DNA from: Planctomycetota bacterium
Lineage (GTDB): Bacteria; Planctomycetota; UBA11346
Direction: 5' to 3'
Assembly: GCA_031425255.1 (NCBI GenBank)
Contig: JANPIY010000208.1
Location: forward strand, 6,955-70,954
DNA: 64,000 nucleotides
The position numbers were made by a program, and so were the translations under genes. Of the stretch, positions 54,229 through 61,700 are shown piece by piece. The notes beneath the pieces were generated by a model that did no database searches, was not told the DNA's origin, and was given only the letters and a program-made list of their open reading frames with translations. Within the stretch, counting starts at the first letter, position 1. Every line of letters starts with the position of its first letter.

Positions 54229-55402
54229 GCAGCACCCGGGAAGGCGTGGGACGGCGATGGGCATGTTACGGATCGCCTGGGCGATGCTCACCGCCGACCG
54301 CACCAAGTTCCTCGGCATGGTCGCCGCCGTGGCTTTCGCCACCTTGATGCTGCAGAACCAGACCTCGATCTTCGCCGGCATCATGCTGCGTACCGCCCAC
54401 CAAGTGCTCGACGTGGCCGAGGCCGACCTCTGGATCATGGATCCGGGCACGCGTTACTTCGACGAGACGCGCGGGCTGCCGGGGGGCGCGGTCGAACGCG
54501 TGCGCGCGGTCGCTGGCGTTGCCTGGGCGGTGCCGCTGCGCAAGCGCAACGCCACCCTGCGCACAACCGACGGGCGTTTCCGCCAAGCGCTGGTGATCGG
54601 CGTCGACGACGGGAGCCTGGTCGGCATGCCGCGGCGGATGGTTCTGGGCGCGGCTGAAGACCTGCGCCAGCCGGATGCGATGATCATCGATCGCGCGGGC
54701 TTCATCGAACTGTTCCCTGGTCAGCCGCTCGCGCTCGGTGCGGTGGTGGAGAGCGGCGATCAGCGCCTGGTGATCGTCGGCATCAGCGAGGCCTCCGCGC
54801 CGTTCGCACCCTTCCCCATCGTGCATGTGCGCGGGACGGTGGCCGCGCTGATGCCGGTGCCACCACGCGAGGACATCTCCTTCGTCGTCGCCAGCGCCGC
54901 CAAGGGCCACGCGCCGACGGCGCTCGCCGAGGACATCGCCCGTGCCACCGGCCTGCGCGCGCGCACCACCGCCGACTTCAGCTGGGACTGCATCGATTTC
55001 TACCTCGGCAATACCGGCATCCCGGTGAACTTCGGCATCACCATCGCGCTGGCGGTGCTGATCGGGGCGGCGGTCTCCGGGCTGACCTTCTCGCTGTTCG
55101 TGCGCGACAACCTCAGCGCCTTCGCCGCACTCAAGGCCATCGGCGTGACCAACCGCGGCATCCTGGGCATGGCCCTGTTCCAGGCGCTGGCGGTGGTGGC
55201 GATCGGCTGTGCGCTGGGCACCGGCATGTCGGCGGTGTTCTTCGAGATCCTCAGCACGCAGATCGCGACCCGCGGTATCACCATGCCGGTCTCCATCACC
55301 CTCGGCGCCGTCGCGGTCCTGCTGACGGTAGTGGTCGCCGCCAGCGCAGCCAGCATCCGCAGCGTGCTACGCCTGGATCCAGCCGAGGTCTTCCGCGCAT
55401 GA
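54227..55402 (+). CDS. ABC exporter permease, FtsX-fold, DevC-like size (~390 aa)
   Basis: N-terminus 'MLRIAWAMLTADRTKFLGMVAAVAFATLML' plus a short periplasmic domain and 3 C-terminal TM helices. Start is 54227, 54257 or 54263. The stop overlaps the ATPase start (ATGA). Confidence 0.85.
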   Translation: MQHPGRRGTAMGMLRIAWAMLTADRTKFLGMVAAVAFATLMLQNQTSIFAGIMLRTAHQVLDVAEADLWIMDPGTRYFDETRGLPGGAVERVRAVAGVAWAVPLRKRNATLRTTDGRFRQALVIGVDDGSLVGMPRRMVLGAAEDLRQPDAMIIDRAGFIELFPGQPLALGAVVESGDQRLVIVGISEASAPFAPFPIVHVRGTVAALMPVPPREDISFVVASAAKGHAPTALAEDIARATGLRARTTADFSWDCIDFYLGNTGIPVNFGITIALAVLIGAAVSGLTFSLFVRDNLSAFAALKAIGVTNRGILGMALFQALAVVAIGCALGTGMSAVFFEILSTQIATRGITMPVSITLGAVAVLLTVVVAASAASIRSVLRLDPAEVFRA

Positions 55403-56109
55403 CTCCCCCCGCGGTCGAACTGGAGGCGGTGACCAAGTCCTTCCCCTCGCCCGAGGGCGAGGTCGCGGTGCTGCGCGGCGTCACGACCAGCATCCTGCCC
55501 GGCGAGATGACCTTCCTCACCGGACCCTCCGGCTGCGGCAAGACCACGCTGCTGAGCGCGATCGCCGGCATGCTGCGCATCGCCAGCGGCAGCATCCGCC
55601 TGCTCGGGCACGACCTCGCCAGCCTGCGCGGCGATGAGCTGGTGCGCCTGCGCCGGCGGCGGATCGGCTTCGCCTTCCAGCAGTACCACCTGCTGGGCGC
55701 CCTCAACGCGGTGGAGAACGTCAGCGTGCCGCTGATCGCCGATGGCCGCCCACGTCGCCACGCCGAGGCGGTCGCCGCGGCGATGCTGACCCGCCTCGGC
55801 CTCGGCGGCAAACTCCAGCTCACGCCCAAACAGTTGTCGGGCGGCCAACAGCAGCGCGTCGCCCTGGGCCGGGCGCTGGTACATGAACCCGACCTGGTGC
55901 TGTGCGATGAGCCCACCGCAGCCCTCGATCACCGCTCCGGGGACGCGGTGATGGAGCTACTGCGCGCCATCGCGGTCGCTCCAGGGCGCGCGGTGGTGGT
56001 GGTCACCCACGATGCGCGCATGTACCGCTTCGCCGATCGCATCCTCGACATGGAGGACGGCCGCATCACCGCCGATAGCCGTCCCAGCCCCGTCCTGCCG
56101 TCCGCTTGA
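55399..56109 (+). CDS. ABC transporter ATP-binding protein (DevA/MacB-NBD/LolD-like)
   Basis: Walker A GPSGCGKTT, signature LSGGQQQRVALGRAL, Walker B LVLCDEPTAALD. Confidence 0.93.
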   Translation: MTPPAVELEAVTKSFPSPEGEVAVLRGVTTSILPGEMTFLTGPSGCGKTTLLSAIAGMLRIASGSIRLLGHDLASLRGDELVRLRRRRIGFAFQQYHLLGALNAVENVSVPLIADGRPRRHAEAVAAAMLTRLGLGGKLQLTPKQLSGGQQQRVALGRALVHEPDLVLCDEPTAALDHRSGDAVMELLRAIAVAPGRAVVVVTHDARMYRFADRILDMEDGRITADSRPSPVLPSA

Positions 56110-56116
56110 GGTCCCC

Positions 56117-57109
56117 ATGCGCCTATCACGTTCCCCCCTGCTGCTAGTCGTCGCGCTGATGTCGGTGGTATTCGCCGCCTGGTCGATCAACCACCTCGAC
56201 GTGCAGCGGGTGGTGGCCGCGCCGGTCGGCACGCCGACGCCGGGCGGGACGCTGGCCGCCACCGGCATCGTCGAACCCACCGGACGCACCTCGCGCCTGG
56301 GCGCGTCGGCGACGGGCCTGGTGACGCGCGTCCTGGTGGCGGTGGGCGATGCCGTGACTGCCGGGCAGCCGTTGCTCGAACAGGATCGCCGCGTCGCCCT
56401 GGCGGCGGTGGCGCGCGCGCGTGCCGAGGTCGAACGCCTGGAGGCACTGCCCCGCGTGGAGGACCTCGCGCAGGCGGAAGCCACCCTCGCAGTCGCGGCG
56501 GCACAGGATAGCGAGGCGCAGGCGCGTCGTGACGAGGCGCGGGCGCTCACCGAGCCCGGCGCGCTCAGCGCGGCCGAACGCGATCGCCGTGAACGCACCG
56601 CGCAGGCCGCCCTCGCCAACCGCGCGGCGGCGCAGGCCGCCCGCGACCGCGTCGCGGCCGGCGCCTGGGCTCCCGACCTGAGGGTGGCACGCGCCGAGCT
56701 GCAACGGGCCGAGGCGATGGCCGAGCTGCTGATCACCCGCGCGCCGCAGTCCGGCACCGTGCTCCAGGTCAATGCGCGCCTGGGCGAGCCGGCCGATCCC
56801 CTGGCGATGGTTCCGCTGGTGGTCATTGGCGACACCAGCGGCTGGCGCATCCGCGCCGCGCTCGATGAGGAGCTGCTGCCCCGCCTGCGCGCGGGCGATG
56901 CCACCGCGCATGTCCGTGGCGCTGGTGGACGGGCGATCCCGTTGCGCTGGCTCGCGAACGACCGCCTGCTGGTGCCCAAGACCACCCTCACCGGCAACCC
57001 CAGCGAACGCGCCGACACGCGGGTGCTGGAGATCCTCTTCGACATCGCCATTCCCGATCACGGCCTGGTCGCCGGGCAGGTGGTCGATGTGCGCTGGAAC
57101 GGGCCATGA
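56117..57109 (+). CDS. HlyD/DevB-family periplasmic membrane-fusion protein
   Basis: GAGG SD 5 nt before the ATG at 56117. N-terminal anchor MRLSRSPLLLVVALMSVVFAAW, coiled-coil hairpin region, beta-barrel C-terminus. ORF 56012 trimmed. Confidence 0.85.
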   Translation: MRLSRSPLLLVVALMSVVFAAWSINHLDVQRVVAAPVGTPTPGGTLAATGIVEPTGRTSRLGASATGLVTRVLVAVGDAVTAGQPLLEQDRRVALAAVARARAEVERLEALPRVEDLAQAEATLAVAAAQDSEAQARRDEARALTEPGALSAAERDRRERTAQAALANRAAAQAARDRVAAGAWAPDLRVARAELQRAEAMAELLITRAPQSGTVLQVNARLGEPADPLAMVPLVVIGDTSGWRIRAALDEELLPRLRAGDATAHVRGAGGRAIPLRWLANDRLLVPKTTLTGNPSERADTRVLEILFDIAIPDHGLVAGQVVDVRWNGP

Positions 57110-58575
57110 ACAGCGGCGCCCGCTTGCCGACGCTGGCACTGGGTGGCGCGCTGATCGCCCTGCTCGGCGGTTGCGCCGTGGTCGGCCGGGATGCGCAGCC
57201 GCCCGACACCGCCTTCATCGACGACGCGCTCGACGAACCCACACGCGCGGCCGATGCCGGGGCCGCGCAGGGCGAGGCGCTCACCGCCTGGTGGCAGGTT
57301 TATCGCGATCCCACGCTCGACGCCCTGGTGGCGTTGACGGTGACGCAGAACCGCGACCTGCGCGCGGCGTGGGAACTGGTGCGCGCGCAGCGCGCGCTGG
57401 TGGTGGGTGCCGAGGCCGCCGGCCGGCCGCAGGTGGATGCGCTCGGCGATGCCACCCGCCGTGGACGCGGCACGGCCCTGCCGACCGACGGCTATGACCG
57501 CGTCGGCAACCGGTACCAGGCCGCGCTGGTGGCAGGCTGGGAGCTCGACCTGTGGGGCATGGTCCAGCGTCAGGTCGAACAGGCAGTTGCCGGAGTCGAT
57601 GCCGCCAGCGCCGAGGCCCAGGGGCTGCGCCAGGGACTGATCGCGGAAACCGTGCGCTCCTACCTCGCGCTGCGTCATGCCGAGGCGGACACCATGCTGG
57701 CGCGCACGGATCTCGCGGCGGCCCGGCGCCTGCTGCGCCTGCACGATTCCCTGCGCCAGGGCGGCATCGCTAGCGATGCCGCCAGCGACGCCGCCGCCCA
57801 GGAGGTCGAGCTGGCGGTGCAGGCGCTCGCCGCCATGCAGGCCCGGCACGAGACCGCCCTCCGCCGTCTCGCGGTGGCGTGCGGTCGGCCGCCGGCACTG
57901 CTACCGCTCGCCCCAGGTGCGTTGCCATTGCCGGGCAGCGGACTGCCGGCGCTGGTGCCCGCCGAGCTGTTGCGGCAACGGCCGGATCTGCGCGCGCTTG
58001 AGCAGCGCACCGCCGCGCGCATCGCCGCGGCCGGCGTGGCCGAGGGCGACCTCTACCCCCGCGTACGGCTCATCGGAGACCTCGGCCTGACCGCCCAGGT
58101 CCCATCCGACCTGGCGCAACGCGATGCGTCGTTCTGGTCCTTCGGCCTGTCGGTGCAGTGGGCGCTGTTCCGCGGTGGCGCGGTGCGCGCGGGCATCGCC
58201 GCCGCCGATGCCCGCAGCGCCGCTGCCCTGGCCAGCTACGAACAGGCGGTCCTGCGCGCGGTTGGCGAAGTCGGCACGGCGACGGCGGACTGGCAGGCCG
58301 CCGGCCAGCGCCTGGAGTCCAGCACCAGCGAACTGCGCCACGCCGAACGCGCGCTCGCGCACGCGCAACAACGCCAGCGCGCCGGCATCGCCGCCGAGGA
58401 GGAGGTGCTCGCCGCTACGCGCACGCGCATCACGGTGGAACGCCGGGGCCTGGGGCTCCGCCGCGAGCGCGGCGATGCCTACGTCGCCGTGCTCACCGCG
58501 CTGGGCTGCGGCTGGCAGCCCGATCCCGCCGGAGAACCCGCGTCGGCGCAGCCGCTACGCGCGAACGCGCCCTGA
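57106..58575 (+). CDS. outer-membrane efflux factor lipoprotein (NodT/TolC family)
   Basis: ATGA overlap with the MFP stop. Lipobox LLGGC. Two repeated OEP-type helical halves ('RTDLAAARRLLRL...', 'AERALAHAQQRQRAGIAAEEEVL'). Confidence 0.88.
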   Translation: MNSGARLPTLALGGALIALLGGCAVVGRDAQPPDTAFIDDALDEPTRAADAGAAQGEALTAWWQVYRDPTLDALVALTVTQNRDLRAAWELVRAQRALVVGAEAAGRPQVDALGDATRRGRGTALPTDGYDRVGNRYQAALVAGWELDLWGMVQRQVEQAVAGVDAASAEAQGLRQGLIAETVRSYLALRHAEADTMLARTDLAAARRLLRLHDSLRQGGIASDAASDAAAQEVELAVQALAAMQARHETALRRLAVACGRPPALLPLAPGALPLPGSGLPALVPAELLRQRPDLRALEQRTAARIAAAGVAEGDLYPRVRLIGDLGLTAQVPSDLAQRDASFWSFGLSVQWALFRGGAVRAGIAAADARSAAALASYEQAVLRAVGEVGTATADWQAAGQRLESSTSELRHAERALAHAQQRQRAGIAAEEEVLAATRTRITVERRGLGLRRERGDAYVAVLTALGCGWQPDPAGEPASAQPLRANAP

Positions 58576-58600
58576 CGCCTGCCGACCAGATCCGGCAATA

Positions 58601-58723
58601 GAACACAGAGCACCAGAGAACCCGAGGAGATAGGGATTTGCGCCGAAGGCTCTCACCAAAGGGGGGAGCACGGTGCCTTCGTCCAGCGTATTCTCCGCTC
58701 TGGTTCTCTGGTGCTCTGTGTTC
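58601..58723. repeat. 22-bp perfect inverted repeat enclosing a ~79-nt structured core (REP/MITE-like element or bidirectional terminator)
   Basis: GAACACAGAGCACCAGAGAACC (58601..58622) and GGTTCTCTGGTGCTCTGTGTTC (58702..58723). Inner pairing GAAGGC (58645..50) with GCCTTC (58675..80). It lies between the convergent OMF and PKS genes. Confidence 0.85.
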
Positions 58724-58743
58724 GATCCATTGCCGCGTTCAGG

Positions 58744-61700
58744 CTAATTCATCAAGACCGGTATCTCCGCCGCATCCCCCGAGGGCGTGCCCAGGCGCAG
58801 GCAGCCGTCCACCAGCACCTGCGGCAGGGCGGCCGGCAGCCACTGGCCATCGGCGGCGGGCTTGAACCACTGGGCGTGATGTTCGCCCCATGCGAGCTTC
58901 GTCAGCTGGCCTTCGCTCCCCTCGCGGAAGTAGTCGACATGCAGGCGGATGCCCTGGGCGTGGAGCGCAACCAGCGCGATACGGATCAGGATAGTGTCGA
59001 AGGGCATCGCCTCGCGCAGGTGGTCGACCTTGGTGTAGGTGCAGCGCAATTCGCCAGCGGCGCCAACGCCACGCAGCAGTTCGGGCGCCATGCGCTGGAA
59101 ACAGGTGTCGACGATGCGTCCCTGCCAGAGGTAGTAATTGGCGAAGTAGATGTTCCCGACCAGGTTCGCATCCTCCAGCGTGGTGTGGAAACGCTGCTCG
59201 TGCAGGACCACGCGTCCGACCGGACCATGCACGCTCTGCCGCACAACCGGACCCAGGCCGGCGCTGGCGCCGACCTCCCACGGCTGCTCGGCGGCGACCA
59301 CCGGGGCGATGCGGGCGATGAACTCCTGGTAGTAGGCCGGGAAGGGCCGCGCAGCCACCAGGCCATGATCGAGGATCTCGACCCAGGTCGCGGTCATCTT
59401 GCTGCGGCCCAGCAGGACGCGCTCGCCGGATGCGCGTTCCGCGCTCCATTCATAACACAGGTCCATGGTCGAGGCGCTCGGGCCGTATACCCGGTCGAGC
59501 CACACCCGGCCTTCGATGACGTCGCAGGTCGAGGCGCTGCCGAGGATGCAGGTCTCGGAACGGTTGGTCACCATGCCCCAGCGACCGCTGCTGAACTGCT
59601 CGACCAGGGCAGCGTAGACCGGTTGGCAGGCGGCTTCGCGCAACTTGCCCATCCACATGGCGAAATGGCTGAAGTACAGATTGCGACTGAGATGCGCGGT
59701 CTCGCGGAAGGTGAGCGGAAAACGCAGGGTGAAGGCGAGCTGGCCCTGGAGCGCGAGATCGAAGCGCATGCCATAGACGTGGGGCGCGAAACCCGCTGGC
59801 TGCGCCGTCTCGCTGGGCGCGGGCGGCACGGCCATCACCGGCGTCACCGGCGTCACCGCCACCGCGCCCACCACCACCGCGATCAGCCGCTGCGGCCCAC
59901 GCCGCCCGCACCAGGGCAGCGTCAGGACGGCCAAGCGTCCGCCGCTGGCGGTGGCCCCGCTCAGCAGTACCGCGGTGTCGCGTCGCGCGGTTATGGCGAG
60001 GTCGAGGATGACGCCGCCACCAGCCTTGCGCACGGCCTCCGCCGCCGCCCACAAGCGGGTCCCGGCGATGTCGAGGCCGCCGCCGCCAGCCACTAGTGCC
60101 GTGAGCAGCGGCGCGTTCGCGCTGCCGATCAGCGCCAGCCAATCGTCGTGGTCCTGACGATGGGTCACCGGCGCGACGTCGCAGCCCTGATCGCCAGCGC
60201 CGACCACCACCAGGCAGGCGCGCTCATCATGCGCGACCGAGACCCCGAAGCCCTCCACGCCGGCCAGCGTGGGCCGATGGTCGGCGGCCCACACCACCTC
60301 GGCACCAACCAGATCCGCGGCCGCCAGCGTCGCCGTCAGCAGCGGCCGTTCGGCGAGGCGCCGCGCGGCGCGATCCGGTCCATGCCAGTCGCCATAGGCC
60401 AGCGTCAGGAACGGCACGCGCACCCCGAGCGCGCTGGCGGCGTGGTCTAGGCGTTGACGCAGGTCGCCGCTGTCGAACGCATCCGGGTCGGCGATCTGCT
60501 CGGGCGTCGGATGGTCGTCACGACGTTCGAGCACCGCCAAGCGGTAGCCCGTGATCCGCTCCAGGAGCCGGCCGTGCTCATCGCCCACCGTCACGTGCGC
60601 CAGCAGCTGGCGGTCGTTACCGGGCACCGCGCCGTCGAAGACCGCTTCGCCCTGGCGGGCGATCGGCGCCGGTCGTGCCACTGCCTCGGGCTGCCATACG
60701 CGCAGCTCGATGCGGGCGATATGCACCGGCAGGCTCAGCTGCTGCGACACCGTCAATTGCGGCGCCTGCAGCAGGGAATCGCGGAAATACGGATCACCGA
60801 GCAGGTACGTCTCCTCGCCATCCGCCGCGACGCGGTAGTCGCGTTGTTCGGAGGTGAAGGTGCAGGTGTGCGAATCCAGGGTATGGATATGCCGCAGGCG
60901 CTGGAAGCGCGGCCCTTGAAACAGCAGCCAGCTGTAGAGATCCTGCCGCGGGTCGATGGGCAGCGGCTGGGCGGAGAAGACCGGCAGAGCGGCGGGCGTC
61001 GACACCGGCGCCGCGAACACCAGGGTCGCGGTGAAGTGATCGCGCGCGAAACCGGTGGCCTCGCTGGTGATGCCGACGTGGACGCGATAAGGGCTGGTGT
61101 GGTCCGCGCGTTCCTCGACGCGCGCGCGCAAGGCGATGAGCGTGCCCTGCCGCTGGTCGACCACGATCGGACGTTCGAGGTGGATGTCCTCGATGGTGAG
61201 CGCGGCGATGACCGGCAGGCCGAGCACCCAGGCCGCGGCCTGGGCCATGGCTTCCAGGCCGAACACGGTGGGGAACAGGGCCGAGCCCTTGTAGATGTGG
61301 TCGGCGACGTAGGGATCGCGGGCCAGGGTCAGCCGGGTGCGCACGCGCAGCTCGACGCCGGGAATGAAGCCCTGGACCTCGTCGAGGTAGCGTGCCGCCA
61401 TTGGCTTCGCCGGCACCAGCGGGATCCAGGTGTCGAGGCCGCCGAGCGGCGCGCTGATGATGACCTCGCTGCTGCCGGGATCATGGCTGACCAGTTTGAG
61501 GAAGCGGTCGATGCCCTCGCGCGGCGGGATGGCGCCGATGCCCAGGCGCGCGAGATGCTGATCGCTGCCCATGCGCGCACCCATGCCGACCTCGGCCCAC
61601 ACGCTGTAGGCCAGCGAGATGACGTGGGTGCCCGGATGATCGTGCGCGAAGGCGCGAAGGAGCTGCGCCAGGGTCTCATTGGAGAAGGCGTACCACGCGT

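Noticed and set aside
55957-57139. Minus-strand ORFs 55957..57051 and 56144..57139
   Set aside because: They are antisense to the ABC ATPase and MFP genes. They are Arg/Ala-rich shadow ORFs.
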